Below, piece after piece: positions 53,041-64,000 of a stretch of DNA of 64,000 bases. Numbering within the stretch: the stretch's first letter is position 1; every line of letters begins with the position of its first letter. The position numbers and the translations under genes are program-made. Source of the stretch: Octopus vulgaris. Lineage: Eukaryota. The notes beneath the pieces are model-generated. The model had not been told where the DNA came from, made no database searches, and saw only the letters and a list, made by a program, of their open reading frames with translations. The stretch is taken from positions 30,938,001 through 31,002,000 of the forward strand of contig OX597836.1 of NCBI GenBank assembly GCA_951406725.2. The letters run 5' to 3'.

Positions 53041-54307
53041 TAGGAATATGATAGAGAGGGAGGTGGCTTTATGCTATGTGGTGAAGGATTAACCCTTTTG
53101 CTACTATATTTCTGTTGAGATGCTTTGTGTTTCTTTCAATTAATTTTAAATATAACTAAGAACTTAGTAAAATAACTTAGTTATCATTCAGCTAGTGTTA
53201 GAAATACAAATTGTGACTAAGGTTTGTTGAAAGATGTAACTCCATAGCTGCATGCTAGTGCTCAAGTCCCTGTTAGTGATTTGGCTAACTACTCCTTGAT
53301 ATCTGACCACTTTTTTCTCTTTTCCCATAGTTCCCACAGAATAATCTCTGCAAGGTCACTGGATCTTGTTTTGTAGTCACAATGTCTCAGCTTTCTTTTC
53401 TCCATCATTGTCTGTTGAAAAAATAATAAGTAAATGCGCCCTTTTAAAGCCTAGCCAGGCTCATGGGCTCGGTTTCCCAGTTTCTATGGCATATGTGTTC
53501 CCCCCAGCTGGACGGGGTGCTAGTCCATTGCAGTGTTACTCATTTTTGTCAGCTGAGTGGACTGGAGCAACGTGAAATGAAGTGTTTTGCTCAAGAACAC
53601 AACGCGTCGCCCGGTCCAGGAATTGAAACCACAATCTTACAATCATGGTACTGACACCCTAACCACTAAGCTACGCACCTCCACAAATTTGTCTGTTGAA
53701 GGTGTTTGTTAAAAGCCAACATGACACTGAAAGGTGCCATGGATCTGCTCTCTTGTGATGTGAACTGACTATGAGTTGCCAAAACTGTTGAGGCAGTAGC
53801 CTCTCATTTCCAAGACTTGTGTCTTTCTCTCTCTGTATCTCTACAGTTGGAGTCTTTGTGATATAATTTAAACAGATGTCACCATTTCTTAATTTAGACA
53901 AGATTGTTCAAATTATTTGAGTTTGTTCATTCGAAGGAAATATATATATATCAATCATTATGATCAATATCCACATTAAATGAAGCATATTTATTGATCA
54001 ATAAAGATCAGTAGTTTTATAAATTTCAGTATATTGGCCATCAAAATGAACTGCAACATTTAAACACTGTATATTGGCTTGCTACACTAGTAGAAATATT
54101 TAAAAGGTATAAATATATTGACATATTAAGATAAAAACTTGTATTAAATTTCCATATATCTTGGCCATAAAGATAGACAGCTATATTAAAACACTTTATA
54201 TTGGTCATCTAAATGAAATCTTTTAATGATGGAGATATATTTTGTTTTGTAAAAATGAAATAGTACAGTATGTATATAAATTTAAAAAAAAACAACTTAA
54301 CTACATA

Positions 54308-54688
54308 GGCGCAGGAGTGGCTGTGTGGTAAGTAACTTGCTAACCAACCACATGGTTCCGGGTTCAGTCCCACTGCATGGCATCTTGTCTACAATAGCCT
54401 TCTGCTATAGCCTCGGGCCGACCAAAGCCTTGTGAGTGGATTTGATAGACAGAAATTGAAAGAAGCCTGCCGTATATATGTGTGTCTGTGTTTGTCCCTC
54501 TAGCATTGCTTGACAACCGATGCTGGTTTATGTCCCCGTCACAAAAGTTCGGCAAAAGGGACCAATAGAATAAGTACTGGGCTTACAAAGAATAAGTCCC
54601 GGGGTCAATTTGCTTGACTAAAGGTGGTGCTCCAGCATGGCCGCAGTCAAATGACTGAAACAAGTAAAAGAGTAAAAGAGAGTAAGAG
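54308..54688 (+). mobile_element. SINE family A copy
   Basis: Collinear with 2453-2850. Confidence 0.9.
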
Positions 54689-55647
54689 TATTCTATAGCC
54701 ATTAAATAAGATATATTTAGATACATGTGTATGGAAGTAAGCATGTACAATCAAAATAGGTAATCCCTCCCTCCATCCATTCATCCATTTTCTCTGCCCA
54801 CTATTCCAGGGAGATTTGTGGGGGCAGATTCTTCTGACACCTTCATAAGTTCTAATCAGAAGCAGCTGTCATAAGACTTTCCTGCTGGATTCCCAAGCAT
54901 GATCAACTGAAATTATGGATATTATCCAACCATTTCATCCTTGGTCTACCCACTAGTTCTCTTGCTGGTTGGCTTGGTTTGAAAAATCTGTCTTGTGATT
55001 CTTGTGTGTGTGTTTGTTCCCCCACCACTGCTTGACAACTGGTGATGGTGTGTTTACATCCCTGTAACTTTTTTTTTTAAAGAAAAATAAGTGCTGGAGT
55101 TGATTAGTTTCACTAAAATTCTTCAAGGCATTACCCCAGCATGGCCACAGTCAAATGACCGAAACAAGTAAAAGATAAAAAATAAAAGATAAGTATATTG
55201 ATTCCTAACTTTGGCACAAGGCCATAAATTTGGAGGGAAAGTATTGAGTATTGCCAATTAAATCATCCTGCAGTAAATGACTTGTAATTTGTTTCAATGA
55301 CCCCATAAGGGTGAAAGTTAACCTCAGCAGGATTTGAACTCAGAATGTAAAGAGCTGTGATTGATAAGTAGATTGATTAGTTTAGATCAGGAGCTGTGTT
55401 CAAATAATTATCACACCTGATAATAGTATTTTCAAATGAGAATATTGTTTTAGTTATCATAAGCTTTTTTTACAACACACACATACACACACACACACTG
55501 AGTGACTGACACAAACACACATGTAGCAACTGATAGACAAAACTATATACAAACATACACTGATATTATTATATAACTGACAGACAGTGCACACTGGCAG
55601 ATATATTGCCTAACTGCTAAACATAAATCGTTTGAAACTCTAATAAA

Positions 55648-55680
<33 letters not shown>

Positions 55681-55919
55681 AACTGCCATAATAGATTACG
55701 GTCAGATTTGGAACTGCAAATCCCCCGTAGATAGTCCCCTTTGATGATGCAAGTATAAGCTTAGGGATGACTTCAAGCATTTTAATACTGATCTCAACTC
55801 CTGGGAAGACTTTGCCAGTTCTTGTCAAACTGTCCAACCCATGTCAGCATGGAAAACAGATGTTAAATGATTATGACGATGATAATGATGATGATGACAT
55901 GCATACATACATACATACA

Positions 55920-55950
<31 letters not shown>

Positions 55951-55984
55951 CATACATACATACATACATACATACATGCATGCA

Positions 55985-56335
55985 TGATGGCTGCCCCCTC
56001 GTTATCGAGCATGGCCATTGCATGAAGCTTAACTGTTATTGGTGCTGTGATCGAATGTGACTTTTTAGCCCAGCTAAAGATCTACAATGTCTTGTAAAGA
56101 ATTGGCAGCTAAAACCTTTACTGGTAATAGCCGGCTCTAGTTGTAACTGGACTTCATGTACCTTTGCATATCATTTAAGTCCTCTCGCTGAATTACACTC
56201 TCTTCCACATGCCTGACATATATTATTAGTATGGTGTGTAACACCACCACCAGTGGCCAGATTGTCACTCATCTGTCTCACTTTATGACTACGAAGATGA
56301 CTCTTGAGTCCAGCTTTACATACATACATACAGAC
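55985..56335 (-). mobile_element. LINE 3' end with C2H2-like fingers and an (ATGT)n tail (3' tip also at ~46185-46250 on plus)
   Basis: CKAGLKSHLRSH..ICQACGRECNSARGLK; ends caatggccatgctcgataacgagggggcagccatc plus a tetranucleotide tail. Confidence 0.65.
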
Positions 56336-56605
56336 ATACGCTATGTAGACAGGGTAAAATCCAAGCTGTGTCCTCTTGAAGCACATCTCCTTACTCCAGT
56401 ATTACAGTCCAGTATGTAGCTGTTGTAGTACTTGTATTTATGTGAGGTACATATTAGAGTTGTCCGAAGAATTTCAAATAGGGAATTTCTTAACCAACGT
56501 GTACAACTTCGTAATTTCTATTAGCAAATAGAACATGTGTAATGGTGAATAAATAATATTAAAAAAAAATTTTTTTTCCAACTTCCTATTTTGATACATA
56601 CATAT

Positions 56606-56641
<36 letters not shown>

Positions 56642-57782
56642 GTCATTGTCATCATCATAATCATCATCATCATCATCATCATCATCTTATTTGTTTATTG
56701 CCCACAAGAGGCTAAACATAGAAGGGACGAACAAGGACTGACAAAGGGATTAAGTCAATTACATTGATCCCCAGTGCATAACTGGTACTTAATTTATTGA
56801 CCCCGAAACGATGAAATTCAAAGTCGACCTTGGTAGAATTTGAACTCAGAACGTAACAGCAGACGAAATACCACTAAGTATTTCGCCCGGCATGCTAATG
56901 ATTCTGCCAGCTCGCTGCTATGTCACCATCATCATCATCATCATCATCATTATCATCATCATCATCCTTTAACATCTGTTTCCCATGCTGGTATGGGCTG
57001 GATGGATTGACCAGAGCTGGCAAGTTGGAGAGCTGCGCCAAGCTTTGGTTTGATTTGGCTTGGTTTCTATGGATGGATGCCCTTCCTAACACCAACCACT
57101 TTATGGTGTGTGTTGGGTGCTTTTAACATGCCATCAGCACATATATGTGTGTATGCATGTCTCTGCTTGTCTCCACCACCACTTTGACAGCATTTGTTGG
57201 TTTGTTTATGTCCCCATAATTTAACAGTTCAGCAAAAGATATCAATAGAATATGTAACAGGCTGAAAACAAAAAAGTACTGGGGTCGATTTGCTTGACTA
57301 AACCCTTCGAGTTGGTGCCCCAGCATGGCCACAGCCCAACATCTGTAACAAGTAAAACACAAAAGATAAAAACATATTCTATAACATTTAGTGAAGGTTA
57401 TATGTATGTGTTTGTGTGTCTGTGTTTGTCCCTCTAGCATTGCTTGACAACCGATGCTGGTTTATGTCCCCGTCACTTAGCGGTTCGGCAAAAGAGACCG
57501 ATAGAATAAGTACTGGGCTTACAAAGAATAAGTCCTGGGGTCGATTTACTCAACTAAAGGCGGTGCTCCAGCATAGGATTGCACCTAGAAAGTGCTCCTC
57601 CAAGGCACATTTCCGGGCAAGGTTGTTCATGGAAGACCAACAGTCACCTATACATACCAGCTCCCCCTCTCCATGCCACCAATGTTATCCAAGGGAAAAG
57701 CAAAGGTCGATACAGCTTGGTACTAGTGACATAGCAGCTCATTTCTACAGCTGAGTGAACTGGAGCAACTTGGATTAAAGTA

Positions 57783-58013
57783 ACTTGTTGAAGAACACAA
57801 CACGCAGCCCAGTCTGGGATTCGAACTCACAACCTCATGATCGTAAGCTTGACATTCTAACCACTGAGCCATGCGCCTTCACATCATGTAAACACACACA
57901 CAAGTATCTTGTTGAAGAACACAACGCACAGTCCAGTCTGGGATTCGAACTCACAACCTCATGATTGTAAGCTTGACATTCTAACCACTGAGCCATGCAC
58001 CTTCACATCGTGT

Positions 58014-58047
<34 letters not shown>

Positions 58048-58150
58048 GTATCTTGTTGAAGAACACAACACACAGTGCAGTCTGGGAATTGAACTCACTA
58101 CCTCATGATTGTGAGACTGACGCTATAACCACTGAGCTATGCGCCTTCAA
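57783..58150 (-). repeat. Triplicated tRNA-like SINE D head separated by (CA)n
   Basis: cttgttgaagaacacaac...ccactgagccatgcgccttca at about 57784, 57908 and 58052. Confidence 0.85.
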
Positions 58151-58938
58151 ATTATAGCATCGAAAGGCATAATTAATTTGGTAAATGCATTAGGAATATT
58201 CAGCTGTTTACAAGATTTTATTTAGACATTAATTGATATGACAGTATCATGTTATATAGCTTTAGAAAATGGATGAGGTTGTAAATGACGAACAAAAAAA
58301 ATTTTAGAAGTAAACTCTACATGTTATTTATAATAGCAAACGTATTTTCTATTAAAATCATCATTTGCAAGAGTTAATATATCTGTATACAAGTTAGTGT
58401 TAACATATGCAATGCAGAGAGCATTAAATATGTTAACTAGAAATCATTTTATGGAAAAACAGATAGATAAGTGAAGTAGTTGTTATTATAGTTTAATGGA
58501 GGGAGTTTTAAAAGGTTAACTGGAAATAATTATGTCGTACAGAAATAGGTAAGCTAGTATTAAATATGTAGTCGGGCGGACGAATAACTTAGAGATTCAG
58601 TCAGAGTAAGTTTGTATTAAAGTATTTATTTCAAGGAGAATTAAACGAAATGAATTAGAAATATCTATGTGGTGAGGCAGAGGACTAGGTAAGCTAGTAT
58701 TAAAATATGTAATCATATAGACAGACAGACAGACTAATATTGAGAGTAAGTGTTAATGTATTTAGAACAGGGAATATTAACAAGCTAACTAGAAATAAAT
58801 GATCTGGGAACACTGTCACCACCACCACCACCACCACCATCACCAATATCATGATTGTCATAATTGTCACCATTTAATGTCCATGTTCCATGTTGGCATG
58901 GGTTGGACAGTTTGACAAACTATGATGAATCCAAACTA

Positions 58939-59275
58939 TGAAGGCACATGGCTTAGTGGTTAGAGCGACGAGCTTATGATCGCGAGGTTGTGAGCTCGAA
59001 TCCCGGACCGTGCTGCGTGTTGTATTCTTGAGCAAGGCACTTTATTTCACGTTGCTCCAGTTCACTCCGCTGTAGAAATGAATTGCGACGTCACAGTTGC
59101 TAAGCTGTATCGGCCCCTTTGCCTTTCCCTTGGATAACACTGGTGGTGTGGAGAAGGGAGGCTGGTATGCATGGGCGACTGCTGGTCTTCCATAAAACAA
59201 CCTTGCCCAGACTTGTGCCTAGGAAAGTAACTTTCTAGGTGCAATCCCGTGGTCTGTGTTGTGACCAAAGGGGTT
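58939..59275 (+). mobile_element. SINE family D copy
   Basis: Collinear with 43004-43346. Confidence 0.88.
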
Positions 59276-59451
59276 CTCAGATGCATTCAAGGACTGTACC
59301 ATGCTCCAGTGTCTTCTGGATAACCATCTTGACACCAGCCACTTTGCAGCATGTACTAGATGCTTTTAATGTGTCATCAGTATGTGTGAAGTTGCTGTGC
59401 AGCTCACAAATTCTATGGGCCCCAAGCAATGGGAGGGAAGCTTATGCTAGG

Positions 59452-60786
59452 TGATGAGGGGGTTAAAGAAAAAAACAGAGTGGGTTTCATGTTGTGGAGG
59501 GGTTCCATGGTTACTCACTTTTAGAAGAGAGTGTGAGAATGATCAGGTGGAGCTCCACAGAGAGAAATAGTTGTTTTCATCCTTTCGGGGTCAATGAATT
59601 AAGTACCAGTTATGCACTGGGGTCGATGTAATTGACTTAATCCCTTTGTCTGTCCTTGTTTGTCCCTTCTATGTTTTGCCCCTTGTGGACAATAAACAAA
59701 TAAGATGATGATGATGATGATGATGATGACAATGACGATGATGATGATGATGATGATATATGATGAGGGGGTTAAAGAAAAAACAGAGTGGGTTTCATGT
59801 TGTGGAGGGGTTCCATGGTTACTCACTTTTAGAAGAGAGTGTGAGAATGATCAGGTGGAGCTCCACAGAGAGAAATAGTTGTTTTCATCCTTTCGGGGTC
59901 AATGAATTAAGTACCAGTTATGCACTGGGGTCGATGTAATTGACTTAATCCCTTTGTCTGTCCTTGTTTGTCCCTTCTATGTTTTGCCCCTTGTGGACAA
60001 TAAACAAATAAGATGATGATGATGATGATGATGATGACAATGACGATGATGATGATGATGATGATATATGATGAGGGGGTTAAAGAAAAAACAGAGTGGG
60101 TTTCATGTTGTGGAGGGGTTACATGTTTACTCACTTTTAGAAGAGAGTGTGAGAATGATCAGGTGGAGCTCCACAGAGAGAAATAGTTGTTTTCATCCTT
60201 TCGGGGTCAATGAATTAAGTACCAGTTATGCACTGGGGTCGATGTAATTGACTTAATCCCTTTGTCTGTCCTTGTTTGTCCCTTCTATGTTTTGCCCCTT
60301 GTGGGCAATAAACAAATAAGATGATGATGATGATGATGACAATGACGATGATGATGATGATGATATATGATGAGGGGGTTAAAGAAAAATACAGAGTAGG
60401 TTTCATGTTGTGGAGGAGTTACATGGTTACTCACTTTTAGAAGAGAGTGTGAGAACGACCAGGTGGAGCTCCACAGAGAGAAATAGTTGTTTTCATCCTT
60501 TCGGGGTCAATGAATTAAGTACCAGTTATGCACTCGGGTCGATGTAATTGACTTAATCCCTTTGTCTGTCCTTGTTTGTCCCTTCTATGTTTTGCCCCTT
60601 GTGGGCAATAAACAAATAAGATGATGATGATGATGATGACAATGACGATGATGATGATGATGATATATGATGAGGGGGTTAAAGAAAAATACAGAGTAGG
60701 TTTCATGTTGTGGAGGAGTTACATGGTTACTCACTTTTAGAAGAGAGTGTGAGAACGACCAGGTGGAGCTCCACAGAGAGAAATAG
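59452..60786. repeat. Tandem array of ~300-309-bp composite units (4 full plus 1 partial)
   Basis: Units start at about 59452, 59761, 60069, 60368 and 60668. Each is ~118 bp of host repeat plus the 3' half of SINE B plus (GAT)n. Confidence 0.95.
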
Positions 60787-61032
60787 ATGCGGTGAGGTGT
60801 CCAACTGGCCCCGCAAAGTACGAGAGGAGTTGAAATGATTGGTAACAGAGGAACTGAAGTGGTTAATGTTAGGAAGGGCATTTAGCCATTGAACCAATAT
60901 CAAAGCAGACAATCGGATTATTATCTAACACTTGAATCCTCTGTTTGCGTCATCTACCCTCATGGGTAAAACCTTGAACAAAGCTGTGTGAGAGTGTCTA
61001 AATTGGATGAATATGTACTGCAGCTGAATCAA

Positions 61033-61291
61033 CTCTCTCTCTCTATCCACTCAGTCGAAGTCGACTCTCGGTCACTCGTTGGATCAGTGTCCTCCAGTCA
61101 GTTCTAACCTGGGCCGCTTCTTTCAGATTGACTATGTCCATTCCGGTATTACTCTTGATGGTGTCGAGCCAGCGGGTTCTTGGTTGGCCTCTTCCTCTCT
61201 TGCCACTGACCATTCCGAGCATGATGTCCTTCTCCAGGGATTTTCTCCACATAATATGACCGAAATATGCCAATCTATGCTTGGTGATCAA
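61033..61291 (-). mobile_element. 5'-truncated RTE/BovB-like LINE C-terminus
   Basis: RLAYFGHIMWRKSLEKDIMLGMVSGKRGRGQPRTRWLDTIK...WRTLIQRVTESRLRLSG* followed by a (GA)n tail. Confidence 0.9.
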
Positions 61292-61727
61292 CTAAATCAA
61301 CTAAATGCACATAAATGCTTCCATAAAGGATATTTAGATGCTTATCCAGCAGAAACGTGTCGGATAGGAAATTTTTTAATTCAGATAAAAAAAAACAGAT
61401 AGCTCTTAAAACATTAAGCATATTTTAAACATAAAATTTAGAAGCAAAAATGAAAAAAACAAAAAACAAAACGATAATGATAATTATAAAGTAGCAAATA
61501 TTCAGTATAAACTCTTACAGAATTACTCTAACATCTGTCCATAACCTTCGGCTTTAGAAGAAGAAACATAGCCTAATATAGAGAACACAAAATTTCCAGA
61601 TAAATTTAAGTGAATAACAAACAAATAATTGTTGTTATTTGAGCTGGAGGATAATACTGTAATGAGGATAATACTGTAATAAACAGATTTCGAAGATGTG
61701 TAATTCTATATTTTTCTTTATGTTGTC

Positions 61728-61773
<46 letters not shown>

Positions 61774-61959
61774 ACACAGATTATTAAAGCGACAAAATTA
61801 TCACGAAAAGCTGTTACCCGGAGTTTCGTGTTCCCGGCGAGAAATTCTGAGTAACAGTTGTTTTGTGACAACGTTGCAGCTTTAGTAAAAGCATATTACT
61901 CTACCTTTGGTAGTTGAGTACTATGTTTCTCACCTTGTTTTGCACTTATATGCTCACCT

Positions 61960-62169
61960 GTATGTATGTATGTGTGTGTGTACATACAGATATATATAGA
62001 TATATATATGTATATGTATGTATATATATATATATATATTATATATCTATATTTATATATATATATATTTGTATATATATATATATTCATATATATGTGC
62101 ATATATGTGTTTATATATGTATATATATGTATGTATATATATGTATATATATATGTATATATATATGTT

Positions 62170-62219
<50 letters not shown>

Positions 62220-62261
62220 TATGTATATGTATGTATGTATATATATATATGTATGTATGTG

Positions 62262-62298
<37 letters not shown>

Positions 62299-62361
62299 GT
62301 ATATACATATATATATATGTATATGTATGTATGTATATGTGTATATATATATATATATGTA

Positions 62362-62412
<51 letters not shown>

Positions 62413-62420
62413 TTATATAA
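61960..62420. repeat. Long TA/TG/TATG compound microsatellite (similar tracts at ~1615-1990, 20480-20635, 21080-21290, 26080-26430, 30430-30900, 33270-33366, 33800-34560, 63265-63700)
   Basis: Read directly; source of the [12 protein letters not shown] ORFs. Confidence 0.97.
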
Positions 62421-63548
62421 CAGGCTTCTTTCAGTTTCTGTCAGTCTACCAAATGCAATTACAAGGTTTTGGTTGGCTTGGAGCTATAATAGTAGAAGAC
62501 ACTTTTCCAAGGTTCCATGTGGTGGGATTGAACCCAGTATATTTCTTACTACACAGCCATGCCTGCATCTATTATGTTAATGACGATTATTAATTTACCA
62601 ATTTACCAAAACAATTATTAACTTGATCACTGTTGTCTTTGATTTTGCATTTTTTTTGTTTTTTTTGCATTTTGAAATGTTTACAAATGTTTCTTTAGTA
62701 AGAACAACAAATTAAAAGATATAAAACTTGTAATTGAAATGTCTTTTGACAAAATTTATTTTTCCAGTCAGTCTTTCCATTTCTCCAACACTGAGAAAAC
62801 GCATTTTCAACAGTAAGAATTCGTTTTTTTTGTCAAACACTTTGGCCTACCTTCGATGTCTCCTTCTCGTTGTTTTATTTCAGTTGTAGATTGCTGTCAG
62901 TGTAGTACACCTTATCCTTACAGATCTGACCATCATTAGTTTTAGTTGAATGACCCTGGTAGCTCTTAGGCATTTGTGATATCCGTTCAGTAGACTTCCC
63001 CTTTGATGTATCAACCAATCTATTCATAGCACTGCCTACCTCTTGTCTATAAAAGGAAATGTATCTTTGTAGTCTAACACTATATATAATGCACATTGTT
63101 ATTAATTCTTGGCACTTAAAATTACTTGGCCTTGAGAAGAAATTGACAAAATCGAAAGCTTGCACAATTTCTAAGAATTCTTTATGCTTGAAGGACGTTA
63201 TTGCATGCAAGCAATTGTAATATATGCCAGCTACTGCAGAATTATTGACTTTTGAAGAATTGAAATATATATGTGTGTGTATATATATGTATATATATAT
63301 ATATGTATGTATGTATAATATATATGTATGTATAATATATATGTATGTATAATATATATGTATGTATAATATATGTATAATATAATATATATGTATAATA
63401 TATATATATGTATATATATGTATAATATGTATGTGTGTATATATATATATATGTATAATATATATGTATATATTTATTTATATATATATATATGTATAAG
63501 ATATATATATGTATAATTATATATATATGTATAAGATGTATATATGTA

Positions 63549-63615
<67 letters not shown>

Positions 63616-63702
63616 AAGATATATATATGTATAATTATATATGTATATATATACATATATATATATGTATAAGATGTATATATGTATAATATTTATATAT
63701 AT

Positions 63703-63954
63703 TTATGAAGCTGTAGAACCATCATGGCATCTGATGTGTCTTTTTAAACGAGACAATATTCTGAAAAGACACCCACATAGATTGCATATCTGATTTGGAC
63801 TACCAAGAGCTTCAGTTAAGTTCTGATCTTTGTGGTTCTTAAAATGTCTTTTGAGGCCTCCGTTAGATTTGCAGACCTTCTGCAAGCAATACATTACATT
63901 GAAAGGTATGCACAGATATATAGGCAGAATAGTTGGTGGAGGTTCAGTTTCCAT
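63703..63954 (-). mobile_element. Two C2H2-like zinc fingers, probably a LINE C-terminal remnant
   Basis: CLQKVCKSNGGLKRHFKNH..ICNLCGCLFRILSRLKRHIRCH; same style as 56171-56386; no TGEKP linkers; flanked by TA tracts. Confidence 0.55.
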
Positions 63955-64000
63955 GGGTTTGCATACATAAGTATTTATATATATATATATTTATATACAT

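Noticed and set aside
62875-63210. 111-aa minus-strand ORF
   Set aside because: Non-ATG start, no recognisable motif, antisense to the host gene; unsupported without expression data.
63703-63954. Possible host C2H2 zinc-finger gene exon
   Set aside because: Lacks TGEKP linkers and clear splice sites, and resembles the LINE-associated fingers at 56171-56386; treated as a retroelement remnant.

Overview
AT-rich eukaryotic, intron-dominated DNA, saturated with microsatellites and tRNA-derived SINEs. The repeat landscape strongly suggests an octopus genome (inference, not database-checked). Only two credible host exons are visible, both on +: 6227-6353 (end of a PH domain) and 49176-49359. Together they resemble the N-terminus of a TBC1D2/TBC1D2B Rab-GAP and are separated by up to ~43 kb of intron. 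Almost all ORFs in the supplied track are microsatellite or repeat artefacts. The introns hold several SINE families (some with TSDs, some as head-to-tail concatemers), fragments of RTE, R4/Dong, CR1/L2 and probably Copia retroelements, mariner remnants, TTAA-flanked MITEs, a Helentron-like (HINE) family and minisatellites. The most notable signal is a set of at least seven different short non-coding repeat families, each carrying a minimal type I hammerhead-ribozyme fold. They mostly sit beside (TA)n tracts and are often built as long inverted repeats or palindromes, which fits Penelope-like retroelement termini. They include fully canonical cores (4357-4401, 35154-35188), a G3-C8 swapped core inside a 300-bp zero-spacer palindrome (50905-51204) and an A6U variant (41735-41770). 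All folds and translations were read by hand; no activity is demonstrated.
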